DNA from: Euprymna scolopes
Lineage: Eukaryota
DNA: 64,000 nucleotides
Reading direction: 5' to 3' (one strand)
Assembly (NCBI GenBank): GCA_053919585.1
Contig: CM132785.1
Position numbers and translations under genes: made by a program. The notes beneath the pieces were generated by a model that was not told the DNA's origin, did no database searches, and saw only the letters and a list, made by a program, of their open reading frames with translations. Of this stretch, positions 13,901 to 28,600 are shown in pieces; position 1 is the first letter of the stretch; every line of letters starts with the position of its first letter.

Positions 13901-16559
13901 AGCCTTATGCTACGATTTTTATAAAACTTTATGCTACGATTTTTATAAAAGCCTTATGCTACGATTTTTATAAAAGCCTTATGCTACGATTTTTATAAAA
14001 GCCTTATGCTACGATTTTTATAAAACTTTATGCTACGATTTTTATAAAAGCCTTATGCTACGATTTTTATAAAAGCCTTATGCTACGATTTTTATAAAAG
14101 CATTATGCTACGATTTTTATAAAAGCCTTACGCTACGATTTTTATCAAAGTCTTATGCTACGATTTTTATAAAACTATATGCTACGATTTTTATAACACT
14201 TTATGCTACGATTTTTATAAAAGCCTTATGCTACGATTTTAATAAAAGCCTTATGCTACGATTTTTATAAAACTTTACGCTACGATTTTTATAAAAGCCG
14301 TATGCTACGATTTTTATAAAAGCCTTATGCGACGATTTTTATAAAAGCCTTATGCTACGATTTTTATAAAAGCCTTATGCTACGATTTTTATAATCCCCT
14401 TATGCTACGATTTTTATAAAAGCCTTATGCTACGATTTTTATAAAAGCCTTCATGCTACAATTTTTATAAAAGCCTTATGCTATGATTTTTATAAAAGCC
14501 TTAAGCTACAATTTTAATAAAAAGCCTTCATGCCACGATTTTTATAAAAGCCTTATGCTACCATTTTTATAAAAGCCTTTATGCTACGATTTTATAAAAG
14601 CCTAATGCTACGATTTTTATAAAGACCTTCTGCTACAATTTTTATAAAAGCCTTATGCTACGATTTTTATAAATGCCTTATGCTACGATTTTTATAAAAG
14701 CATTATGCTACGATTTTTATAAAAGCGTTACGCTACGATTTTTATCAAAGCCTTATGCTACGATTTTTATACAAGCCTTTTGCTACGATTTTTATAAAAG
14801 CCTTATGCTACGATTTTTATAAAACTTTACGCTACGATTTTTATAAAAGCCTTATGCTACGATTTTTATAAAAGCCTTCATGCTACGATTTTTATCAAAG
14901 TCTTATGCTACGATTTTTATAAAAGTCTTCTGCTACGATTTTTATAAAAGCCTTATGCTACGATTTTTATAAAAGCCTTATGCTACGATTTTTATAAAAG
15001 CCTTATGCTACGATTTTTATAAAAGCCTTATGCTACGATTTTTATAAAAGCCTTATCCTACGATTTTTATAAAAGCCTTCATGCTACGATTTTTATAAAA
15101 GCCTTCATGCTACGATTTTTATAAAAGCCTTATGCTACGATTTTTATCAAAGCCTTATGCTACGATTTTTATAAAAGCCTTATGCTACGATTTTTATAAA
15201 AGCCTTCATGCTACGATTTTTATAAAAACCTTCATGCTACGATTTTTATAAAAGCCTTATGCTACGATTTTTATAAAAGCCTTATGCTACGATTTTTATA
15301 AAAGCCTTATGCTGCGATTTTTATAAAAGCCTTATGCTACGATTTTTATAAAAGCCTTATGCTACGATTTTTATAAAAGCCTTATGCTACGATTTTTATA
15401 AAAGCCTTATGCTACGATTTTTATAAAAGCCTTATGCTACGATTTTTATAAAAGCCTTATGCTACGATTTTTATAAAAGCCTTATGCTACTATTTTTATA
15501 AAAGCCTTATGCTACGATTTTTATAAAAGCCTTATGCTACGATTTTTATAAAACTTTATGCTACGATTTTTAAAAAAGCCTTATGCTACGATTTTTATAA
15601 AAGCCTTATGCTACGATTTTTATAAAACTTTACGCTACGATGTTTATAAAAGCCTTATGCTACGATTTTTATAAAAGCCTTATGCTACGATTTTTATAAA
15701 AGTCCTGTGCTACGATTTTTATAAAACTTTATGCTACGATTTTTATAAAAGCCTTATGCTACGATTTTTATAAAAGCCTTATGCTACGATTTTTATAAAA
15801 GCCTTATGCTACGATTTTTATAAAAGCCTTATGCTACGATTTTTATAAAAGCTTTATGCTACGATTTTTATAAAAGCCATATGCTACGATTTTTATAAAA
15901 GTCCTGTGCTACGATTTTTATAAAACTTTATGCTACGATTTTTATAAAAGCCTTATGCTACGATTTTTATAAAAGCCTTATGCTACGATTTTAATAAAAG
16001 CCTTATGCTACGATTTTTATAAAAGCCTTATGCTACGATTTTTATAAAAGCCTTATGCTACGATTTTTATAAAAGCCTTATGCTACGATTTTTATAAAAG
16101 CCTTATGCTACGATTTTTATAAAAGCCTTCATGCTACGATTTTAATAAAACTTTATGCTACGATTTTTATAAAACTTTATGCTACGATTCTTATAAAAGC
16201 CTTCATGCTACGATTTTTATAAAAGCCTTATGCTACGATTTTTATAAAAGCCTTATGCTACGATTTTTATAAGAGCCTTATGCTACTATTTTTATAAAAG
16301 CCTTATGCTACTATTTTTATAAAAGCCTTATGCTACGATTTTTATAAAAGCCTTATGCTACGATTTTTATAAAAGCCTTATGCTACCATTTTTATAAAAC
16401 TTTACGCTACGATGTTTATAAAAGCCTTATGCTACGATTTTTATAAAAGTCTTATGCTACGATTTTAATAAAACTTTATGCTACGATTTTTATAAAAGCC
16501 TTATGCTACGATTTTTATAAAAGCCTTATGCTACGATTTTTATAAAAGCCTTATGCTAC

Positions 16560-19500
16560 GATTTTTATAAAAGCCTTACGCTACGATTTTTATCAAAGCC
16601 TTATGCTACGATTTTTATAAAAGACTTATGCTACGATTTTTATAAAACTTTATGCTACGATTTTTATAAAAGCCTTATGCTACGATTTTTATAAAAGCCT
16701 TCATGCTACGATTTTTATAAAAGCCTTATGCTACGATTTTTATAAAACTATATGCTACGATTTTTATAAAAGCCTTATGCTACGATTTTTATAAATGCCT
16801 TATGCTACGATTTTTATAAAACTTTACGCTACGATGTTTATAAAAGCCTTATGCTACGATTTTTATAAAAGCCTTCATGCTACGATTTTTATAAAAGCCT
16901 TATGCTACGATTTTTATAAAAGTCTTATGCTACGATTTTTATAAAACTTTATGCTACGATTTTTATAAAAGCCTTATGCTACGATTTTAATACAAGCCTT
17001 ATGCTACGATTTTTATAAAAGCCTTATGCTACGATTTTTATAAAAGCCTTATGCTACGATTTTTATAAAAGCCTTATGCCACTATTTTTATAAAAGCCTC
17101 ATGCTGCGATTTTTATAAAAGCCTTATGCTACGATTTTTATAAAAGCCTTATGCTACGATTTTTATAAAAGCCTTATCCTACGATATTTATAAAAGCCTT
17201 CATGCTACGATTTTTATAAAAGCCTTCATGCTACGATTTTTATAAAAGCCTTATGCTACGATTTTTATAAAAGCCTTATTCTACGATTTTTATAAAAGCC
17301 TTATGCTACGATTTTTATAAAAGCCTTCATGCTACGATTTTTATAAAAACCGTCATGCTACGATTTTTATAAAAGCCTTATGCTACGATTTTTATAAAAG
17401 CCTTATGCTACGATTTTTATATAACTTTATGCTACGATGTTTATAAAACTTTATGCTACAATTTTTATAAAAGCCTTATGCTACGATTTTTATAAAACTT
17501 TACGCTTCGATGTTTATAAAAGCCTTATGCTACGATTTTTATAAAAGCCTTATGCTACGATTTTTATAAAAGTCCTGTGCTACGATTTTTATAAAACTTC
17601 AGGCTACGATTTTTATAAAAGCCTTATGCTACGATTTTTATAAAAGCCTTATGCTACGATTTTTATAAAAGCCTTATGCTACGATTTTTATAAAAGCCTT
17701 ATGCTACGATTTTTATAAAAGCCTTATGCTACGATTTTTATAAAAGCCTTATGCTACGATTTTTATAAAAGTCCTGTGCTACGATTTTTATAAAACTTTA
17801 TGCTACGATTTTTATAAAAGCCTTATGCTACGATTTTTATAAAAGCCTTATGCTACGATTTTTATAAAAGCCTTATGCTACGATTTTTATAAAAGCCTTA
17901 TGCTACGATTTTTATAAAAGCCTTATGCTACGATTTTTATAAAAGCCTTATGCTACGATTTTTATAAAAGCCTTATGCTACGATTTTTATAAAAGCCTTC
18001 ATGCTACGATTTTAATAAAACTTTATGCTACGATTTTTATAAAACTTTATGCTACGATTCTTATAAAAGCCTTCATGCTACGATTTTTATAAAAGCCTTA
18101 TGCTACGATTTTTATAAAAGCCTTACGCTACGATTTTTATCAAAGCCTTATGCTACGATTTTTATAAAAGACTTATGCTACGATTTTTATAAAACTTTAT
18201 GCTACGATTTTTATAAAAGCCTTATGCTTAGATTTTTATAAAAGCCTTTATGCTACGATTTTTATAAAAGCCTTATGCTACGATTTTTATAAAACTATAT
18301 GCTACGATTTTTATAAAAGCCTTATGCTACGATTTTTATAAATGCCTTATGCTACGATTTTTATAAAACTTTACGCTACGATGTTTATAAAAGCCTTATG
18401 CTACGATTTTTATAAAAGCCTTCATGCTACGATTTTTATAAAAGCCTTATGCTACGATTTTTATAAAAGTCTTATGCTACGATTTTTATAAAACTTTATG
18501 CTACGATTTTTATAAAAGCCTTATGCTACGATTTTAATACAAGCCTTATGCTACGATTTTTATAAAAGCCTTATGCTACGATTTTTATAAAAGCCTTATG
18601 CTACGATTTTTATAAAAGCCTTATGCCACTATTTTTATAAAAGCCTCATGCTGCGATTTTTATAAAAGCCTTATGCTACGATTTTTATAAAAGCCTTATG
18701 CTACGATTTTTATAAAAGCCTTATCCTACGATATTTATAAAAGCCTTCATGCTACGATTTTTATAAAAGCCTTCATGCTACGATTTTTATAAAAGCCTTA
18801 TGCTACGATTTTTATAAAAGCCTTATTCTACGATTTTTATAAAAGCCTTATGCTACGATTTTTATAAAAGCCTTCATGCTACGATTTTTATAAAAACCGT
18901 CATGCTACGATTTTTATAAAAGCCTTATGCTACGATTTTTATAAAAGCCTTATGCTACGATTTTTATATAACTTTATGCTACGATGTTTATAAAACTTTA
19001 TGCTACAATTTTTATAAAAGCCTTATGCTACGATTTTTATAAAACTTTACGCTTCGATGTTTATAAAAGCCTTATGCTACGATTTTTATAAAAGCCTTAT
19101 GCTACGATTTTTATAAAAGTCCTGTGCTACGATTTTTATAAAACTTTAGGCTACGATTTTTATAAAAGCCTTATGCTACGATTTTTATAAAAGCCTTATG
19201 CTACGATTTTTATAAAAGCCTTATGCTACGATTTATATAAAAGCCTTATGCTACGATTTTTATAAAAGCCTTATGCTACGATTTTTATAAAAGCCTTATG
19301 CTACGATTTTTATAAAAGTCCTGTGCTACGATTTTTATAAAACTTTATGCTACGATTTTTATAAAAGCCTTATGCTACGATTTTTATAAAAGCCTTATGC
19401 TACGATTTTTATAAAAGCCTTATGCTACGATTTTTATAAAAGCCTTATGCTACGATTTTTATAAAAGCCTTATGCTACGATTTTTATAAAAGCCTTATGC

Positions 19501-19660
19501 TACGATTTTTATAAAAGCCTTATGCTACGATTTTTATAAAAGCCTTCATGCTACGATTTTAATAAAACTTTATGCTACGATTTTTATAAAACTTTATGCT
19601 ACGATTCTTATAAAAGCCTTCATGCTACGATTTTTATAAAAGCCTTATGCTACGATTTTT
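16560..19660. repeat. 1547-bp tandem duplication private to copy A
   Basis: ataacttt 17421/18968 and aaccgtcat ~17348/18895. The homologous region of copy B (~44.75-46.3 kb) has one copy, and 28189-1547=26642 matches the offset change exactly. Confidence 0.85.
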
Positions 19661-22600
19661 ATAAAAGCCTTGTGCTAAGATTTTTATAAAAGCCTTATTC
19701 TACTATTTTTATAAAAGCCTTATGCTACGATTTTTATAAAAGCCTTATGCTACGATTTTTATAAAACTTTATGCTACGATTTTTATAAAAGCCTTATGCT
19801 ACGATTTTTATAAAAGCCTTATGCTACCATTTTTATAAAACTTTACGCTACGATGTTTATAAAAGCCTTATGCTACGATTTTTATAAAAGCCTTATGCTA
19901 CGATTTTTATAAAAGCCTTATGCTACGATTTTTATAAAAGTCCTGTGCTACGATTTTTATAAAACTTTATGCTACGATTTTTATAAAAGCCTTATGCTAC
20001 GATTTTTATAAAAGCCTTATGCAACGATTTTTATAAAAGCCTTATGCTACGATTTTTATAAAAGCCTTCATTCTACGATTTTTATAAAAGCCTTATGCTA
20101 CGATTTTTATAAAAGCCTTATGCTACGATTTTTATAAAAGCCTTATGCTACGATTTTTATAAAAGCGTTATGCTACGATTTTTATAAAAGCCTTATGCTA
20201 CGATTTTTATAAAAGTCTTATGCTACGATTTTAATAAAACTTTATGCTACGATTTTTATAAAAGCCTTATGCTACGATTTTTATAAAAGCCTTATGCTAC
20301 GATTTTTATAAAAGCCTTATGCTACGATTTTTATAAAAGCCTTACGCTACGATTTTTATCAAAGCCTTATGCTACGATTTTTATAAAAACCTTATGCTAC
20401 GATTTTTATAAAACTTTATGCTACGATTTTTATAAAAGCCTTATGCTACGATTTTTATAAAAGCCTTCATGCTACGATTTTTATAAAAGCCTTATGCTAC
20501 GATTTTTATAAAAGCCTTATGCTACGATTTTTATAAAAGCCTTATGCTACGATTTTTATAAAAGCCTTATGCTACGATTTTTATAAAAGCCTTCATGCTA
20601 CGATTTTTATAAAAGCCTTATGCTACGATTTTTATAAAAGTCTTATGCTACGATTTTTATAAAACTTTATGCTACGATTTTTATAAAAGCCTTATGCTAC
20701 GATTTTTATACAAGCCTTATGCTACGATTTTTATAAAAGCCTTATGCTACGATTTTTATAAAAGCCTTATGCTACGATTTTTATAAAAGCCTTGTGCCAC
20801 TATTTTTATAAAAGCCTCATGCTACGATTTTTATAAAAGCCTTATGCTACGATTTTTATAAAAGCCTTATGCTTCGATTTTTATAAAAGCCTTATCCTAC
20901 GATATTTATAAAAGCCTTCATGCTACGATTTTTATAAAAGCCTTCATGCTACCATTTTTATAAAAGCCTTATGCTACGATTTTTATAAAAGCCTTATTCT
21001 ACGATTTTTATAAAAGCCTTATGCTACGATTTTTATAAAAGCCTTCATGCTACGATTTTTATAAAAACCGTCATGCTACGATTTTTATAAAAGCCTTATG
21101 CTACGATTTTTATAAAAGCCTTATGCTACGATTTTATAATCCCCTTATGCTACGATTTTTATAAAAGCCTTAAGCTACAATTTTTATAAAAAGCCTTCAT
21201 GCTACAATTTTTATAAAAGCCTTATGCTACCATTTTTATAAAAGCCTTTATGCTACGATTTTATAAAAGCCTTATGCTACGATTTTTATAAAGGCCTTCT
21301 GCTACGATTTTTATAAAAGCCTTATGCTACGATTTTTATAAATGCCTTATGCTACGATTTTTATAAAAGCATTATGCTACGATTTTGTAAAAGCCTTACG
21401 CTACGATTTTTATCAAAGCCTTATGCTACGATTTTTATAAAAGTCTTATGCTACGATTTTTATAAAAGCCTTATGCTACGATTTTTATAAAAGCCTTATG
21501 CTACGATTTTTATAAAAGCCTTATGCTACGATTTTTATAAAAGCCTTCATGCTACGATTTTTATAAAAGCCTTATGCTACGATTTTTATAAAAGCCATAT
21601 GCTACGATTTTTATAAAAGCCTTATGCTACGATTTTTATAAAAACCTTATGCTACGATTTTTATAAAAGCCTTATGCTACAATTTTTATAAAAGCCTTTT
21701 GCTACGATTTTTATAAAAGCCTTCATGCTACGATTTTTATAAAAGCTTTATGCTACGATTTTTATAAAAGCCTTATGCTACGATTTTTATAAAAGCCTTA
21801 TGCTACGATTTTTATAAAAGCCTTATGCTACGATTTTTATAAAAGCCTTATGCTACGATTTTTATAAAAGCCTTATGCTACGATTTTTATAAAACTTTAT
21901 GCTACGATTTTTATAAAAGACTTATGCTACGATTTTTATAAAAGCCTAATGCTACGATTTGTATAAAAGCCTTCATGCTACGATTTTTATAAAAGCCTTA
22001 TGCTACGATTTTTATAAAAGTCTTATGCTACGATTTTTATAAAACTTTATGCTACGATATTTATAAAACTTTATGCTACAATTTTTATAAAAGCCTTATG
22101 CTACGATTTTTATAAAAGCCTTATGCTATGATTTTTATAAAACTTTATGCTACGATTTTTATAAAAGCCTTATGCTACGATTTTTATAAAAGCCTTATGC
22201 AACGATTTGTATAAAACTTTATGCTACCATTTTTATAAAAGCCTTATGCTACGATTTTTATAAAAGCCTTATGCTACGATTTTTATAAAACTTTATGCTA
22301 TGATTTTTATAAAAGCCTTATGCTACGATTTGTATACAACTTTATGCTACGATTTTTATAAAAAGCCTTATGCTACGATTTTTATAAAAGCTTTATGCTA
22401 CGATTTTTATAAAAGCCTTATGCTACGATTTTTATAAAACTTTATTCTACGATTTTTATAAAAGCCTTATGCTACTATTTTTATAAAAGCCTTATGCTAC
22501 GATTTTTATAAAAGCCTTATGCTACGATTTTTATAAAACTTTATGCTACGATTTTTATAAAAGCCTTATGCTACGATTTTTATAGAAGCCTTATGCTACG

Positions 22601-25600
22601 ATTTTTATAAAAGCTTCATGTTACGATTTTTATAAAAGCCTTATGCTACGATTTTTATAAAAGCCTTATGCTACGATTTTTATAAAACTTTATGCTACGA
22701 TTTTTATAAAACTTTATGCTACGATATTTATAAAAGCCTTATGCTACGATTTTTATAAAAGCCTTCATGCTACGATGTTTATAAAAGCCTCATGCTACGA
22801 TTTTTATAAAAGCCTTATGCTACGATGTTTATAAAAGCCTTATGCTACGATTTTTATAAAAGCCTTATGCTACGATTTTTATAAAAGCCTTATGCTACGA
22901 TTTTTATAAAAGCCTTATGCTACGATTTTTATAAAAGCCTTCATGCTACAATTTTTATAAAAGCCTTATGCTACGATTTTTATAAAACTTTATGCTACGA
23001 TTTTTATAAAAGCCTTATGCTACGATTTTTATAAAAGCCTTATGCTACGATTTTTATAAAAGACTTATGCTGCGATTTTTATAAAAACCTTATGCTACGA
23101 TTTTTATAAAAGCCTTATGCTACGATATTTTAAAAGCCTTATGCTACGATTTTTATAAAAGCATTATGCTACGATTTTTGTAAAAGCCTCACGCTACGAT
23201 TTTTATCAAAGTCTTATGCTACGATTTTTATAAAACTATATGCTACGATTTTTATAACACTTTATGCTACGATTTTTATAAAAGCCTTATGCTACGATTT
23301 TTATCAAAGCCTTATGCTACGATTTTTATAAAACTTTACGCTCCGATTTTTATAAAAGCCTTATGCTACGATTTTTATAAAAGCCTTATGCTACGATTTT
23401 TATAAAAGCCTTATGCTACGATTTTTATAAAACTTTATGCTATGATTTTTATAAAAGCCTTATGCTACGATTTGTATACAACTTTATGCTACGATTTTTA
23501 TAAAAAGCCTTATGCTACGATTTTTATAAAAGCTTTATGCTACGATTTTTATAAAAGCCTTATGCTACGATTTTTATAAAACTTTATTCTACGATTTTTA
23601 TAAAAGCCTTATGCTACTATTTTTATAAAAGCCTTATGCTACGATTTTTATAAAAGCCTTATGCTACGATTTTTATAAAACTTTATGCTACGATTTTTAT
23701 AAAAGCCTTATGCTACGATTTTTATAGAAGCCTTATGCTACGATTTTTATAAAAGCTTCATGTTACGATTTTTATAAAAGCCTTATGCTACGATTTTTAT
23801 AAAAGCCTTATGCTACGATTTTTATAAAACTTTATGCTACGATATTTATAAAAGCCTTATGCTACGATTTTTATAAAAGCCTTCATGCTACGATGTTTAT
23901 AAAAGCCTTATGCTACGATTTTTATAAAAGCCTTATGCTACGATTTTTATAAAAGCCTTATGCTACGATTTTTATAAAAGCCTTATGCTACGATTTTTAT
24001 AAAAGCCTTATGCTACGATTTTTATAAAAGCCTTATGCTACGATTTTTATAAAAGCCTTCATGCTACAATTTTTATAAAAGCCTTATGCTACGATTTTTA
24101 TAAAACTTTATGCTACGATTTTTATAAAAGCCTTATGCTACGATTTTTATAAAAGCCTTATGCTACGATTTTTATAAAAGCCTTATGCTACGATTTTTAT
24201 AAAAGACTTATGCTACGATTTTTATAAAAACCTTATGCTACGATTTTTATAAAAGCCTTATGCTACGATATTTTAAAAGCCTTATGCTACGATTTTTATA
24301 AAAGCATTATGCTACGATTTTTGTAAAAGCCTCACGCTACGATTTTTATCAAAGTCTTATGCTACGATTTTTATAAAACTATATGCTACGATTTTTATAA
24401 CACTTTATGCTACGATTTTTATAAAAGCCTTATGCTACGATTTTTATCAAAGCCTTATGCTACGATGTTTATAAAACTTTACGCTCCGATTTTTATAAAA
24501 GCCTTATGCTACGATTTTTATAAAAGCCTTATGCTACGATTTTTATCAAAGCCTTATGCTACGATTTTTATAAAAGTCTTGTGCTACGATTTTTATAAAA
24601 CTTTATGCTACGATTTTTATAAAAGCCTTATGCTACGATTTTTATAAAAGCCTTATGCTACGATTTTTATAAAAGCCTTATGCTACGATTTTATAATCCC
24701 CTTATGCTACGATTTTTATAAAAGCCTTAAGCTACAATTTTTATAAAAAGCCTTCATGCTACGATTTTTATAAAAGCCTTATGCTACCATTTTTATAAAA
24801 GCCTTTATGCTACGATTTTATAAAAGCCTTATGCTACGATTTTTATAAAGGCCTTCTGCTACGATTTTTATAAAAGCCTTATGCTACGATTTTTATAAAT
24901 GCCTTATGCTACGATTTTTATAAAAGCATTATGCTACGATTTTGTAAAAGCCTTACGCTACGATTTTTATCAAAGCCTTATGCTACGATTTTTATAAAAG
25001 TCTTATGCTACGATCTTTATAAAAGCCTTATGCTACGATTTTTATAAAAGCCTTATGCTACGATTTTTATAAAAGCCTTCATGCTACGATTTTTATAAAA
25101 GCCTTATGCTACGATTTTTATAAAACTATATGCTACGATTTTTATAAAAGCCTTATGCTACGATTTTTATAAATGCCTTATGCTACGATTTTTATAAAAC
25201 TTTACGCTACGATGTTTATAAAAGCCTTATGCTACGATTTTTATAAAAGCCTTCATGCTACGATTTTTATAAAAGCCTTATGCTACGATTTTTATAAAAG
25301 TCTTATGCTACGATTTTTATAAAACTTTATGCTACGATTTTTATAAAAGCCTTATGCTACGATTTTAATACAAGCCTTATGCTACGATTTTTATAAAAGC
25401 CTTATGCTACGATTTTTATAAAAGCCTTATGCTACGATTTTTATAAAAGCCTTATGCCACTATTTTTATAAAAGCCTCATGCTGCGATTTTTATAAAAGC
25501 CTTATGCTACGATTTTTATAAAAGCCTTATGCTACGATTTTTATAAAAGCCTTATCCTACGATATTTATAAAAGCCTTCATGCTACGATTTTTATAAAAG

Positions 25601-28600
25601 CCTTCATGCTACGATTTTTATAAAAGCCTTATGCTACGATTTTTATAAAAGCCTTATTCTACGATTTTTATAAAAGCCTTATGCTACGATTTTTATAAAA
25701 GCCTTCATGCTACGATTTTTATAAAAACCGTCATGCTACGATTTTTATAAAAGCCTTATGCTACGATTTTTATAAAAGCCTTATGCTACGATTTTTATAT
25801 AACTTTATGCTACGATGTTTATAAAACTTTATGCTACAATTTTTATAAAAGCCTTATGCTACGATTTTTATAAAACTTTACGCTTCGATGTTTATAAAAG
25901 CCTTATGCTACGATTTTTATAAAAGCCTTATGCTACGATTTTTATAAAAGTCCTGTGCTACGATTTTTATAAAACTTTAGGCTACGATTTTTATAAAAGC
26001 CTTATGCTACGATTTTTATAAAAGCCTTATGCTACGATTTTTATAAAAGCCTTATGCTACGATTTTTATAAAAGCCTTATGCTACGATTTTTATAAAAGC
26101 CTTATGCTACGATTTTTATAAAAGCCTTATGCTACGATTTTTATAAAAGTCCTGTGCTACGATTTTTATAAAACTTTATGCTACGATTTTTATAAAAGCC
26201 TTATGCTACGATTTTTATAAAAGCCTTATGCTACGATTTTTATAAAAGCCTTATGCTACGATTTTTATAAAAGCCTTATGCTACGATTTTTATAAAAGCC
26301 TTATGCTACGATTTTTATAAAAGCCTTATGCTACGATTTTTATAAAAGCCTTATGCTACGATTTTTATAAAAGCCTTCATGCTACGATTTTAATAAAACT
26401 TTATGCTACGATTTTTATAAAACTTTATGCTACGATTCTTATAAAAGCCTTCATGCTACGATTTTTATAAAAGCCTTATGCTACGATTTTTATAAAAGCC
26501 TTATGCTAAGATTTTTATAAAAGCCTTATGCTACTATTTTTATAAAAGCCTTATGCTACGATTTTTATAAAAGCCTTATGCTACGATTTTTATAAAACTT
26601 TATGCTACGATTTTTATAAAAGCCTTATGCTACGATTTTTATAAAAGCCTTATGCTACCATTTTTATAAAACTTTACGCTACGATGTTTATAAAAGCCTT
26701 ATGCTACGATTTTTATAAAAGCCTTATGCTACGATTTTTATAAAAGCCTTATGCTACGATTTTTATAAAAGTCCTGTGCTACGATTTTTATAAAACTTTA
26801 TGCTACGATTTTTATAAAAGCCTTATGCTACGATTTTTATAAAAGCCTTATGCAACGATTTTTATAAAAGCCTTATGCTACGATTTTTATAAAAGCGTTA
26901 TGCTACGATTTTTATAAAAGCCTTATGCTACGATTTTTATAAAAGTCTTATGCTACGATTTTAATAAAACTTTATGCTACGATTTTTATAAAAGCCTTAT
27001 GCTACGATTTTTATAAAAGCCTTATGCTACGATTTTTATAAAAGCCTTCATGCTACGATTTTTATAAAAGCCTTATGCTACGATTTTTATAAAAGCCTTA
27101 TGCTACGATTTTTATAAAAGCCTTATGCTACGATTTTTATAAAAGCGTTATGCTACGATTTTTATAAAAGCCTTATGCTACGATTTTTATAAAAGTCTTA
27201 TGCTACGATTTTAATAAAACTTTATGCTACGATTTTTATAAAAGCCTTATGCTACGATTTTTATAAAAGCCTTATGCTACGATTTTTATAAAAGCCTTAT
27301 GCTACGATTTTTATAAAAGCCTTACGCTACGATTTTTATCAAAGCCTTATGCTACGATTTTTATAAAAACCTTATGCTACGATTTTTATAAAACTTTATG
27401 CTACGATTTTTATAAAAGCCTTATGCTACGATTTTTATAAAAGCCTTCATGCTACGATTTTTATAAAAGCCTTATGCTACGATTTTTATAAAAGCCTTAT
27501 GCTACGATTTTTATAAAAGCCTTATGCTACGATTTTTATAAAAGCCTTATGCTACGATTTTTATAAAAGCCTTCATGCTACGATTTTTATAAAAGCCTTA
27601 TGCTACGATTTTTATAAAAGTCTTATGCTACGATTTTTATAAAACTTTATGCTACGATTTTTATAAAAGCCTTATGCTACGATTTTTATACAAGCCTTAT
27701 GCTACGATTTTTATAAAAGCCTTATGCTACGATTTTTATAAAAGCCTTATGCTACGATTTTTATAAAAGCCTTGTGCCACTATTTTTATAAAAGCCTCAT
27801 GCTACGATTTTTATAAAAGCCTTATGCTACGATTTTTATAAAAGCCTTATGCTTCGATTTTTATAAAAGCCTTATCCTACGATATTTATAAAAGCCTTCA
27901 TGCTACGATTTTTATAAAAGCATTCATGCTACGATTTTTATAAAAGCCTTATGCTACGATTTTTATAAAAGCCTTATTCTACGATTTTTATAAAAGCCTT
28001 ATGCTACGATTTTTATAAAAGCCTTCATGCTACGATTTTTAAAAAAACCGTCATGCTACGATTTTTATAAAAGCCTTATGCTACGATTTTTATAAAAGCC
28101 TTATGCTACGATTTTATAATCCCCTTATGCTACGATTTTTATAAAAGCCTTAAGCTACAATTTTTATAAAAAGCCTTCATGCTACAATTTTTATAAAAGC
28201 CTTATGCTACCATTTTTATAAAAGCCTTTATGCTATGATTTTATAAAAGCCTTATGCTACGATTTTTATAAAGGCCTTCTGCTACGATTTTTATAAAAGC
28301 CTTATGCTACGATTTTTATAAATGCCTTATGCTACGATTTTTATAAAAGCATTATGCTACGATTTTGTAAAAGCCTTACGCTACGATTTTTATCAAAGCC
28401 TTATGCTACGATTTTTATAAAAGTCTTATGCTACGATTTTTATAAAAGCCTTATGCTACGATTTTTATAAAAGCCTTATGCTACGATTTTTATAAAAGCC
28501 TTATGCTACGATTTTTATAAAAGCCTTCATGCTACGATTTTTATAAAAGCCTTATGCTACGATTTTTATAAAAGCCATATGCTACGATTTTTATAAAAGC

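Noticed and set aside
24432-24647. 71-aa ORF (also 31411-31626 and 51074-51289)
   Set aside because: It is a translation of the satellite (KALCYDFYKSLMLRFL...). It is open only because TAA>TCA variants and 24-bp monomers dodge the stop that recurs every 75 bp. The copies reflect block duplication, and the fourth homologous copy (~58.05 kb) has the stop intact.
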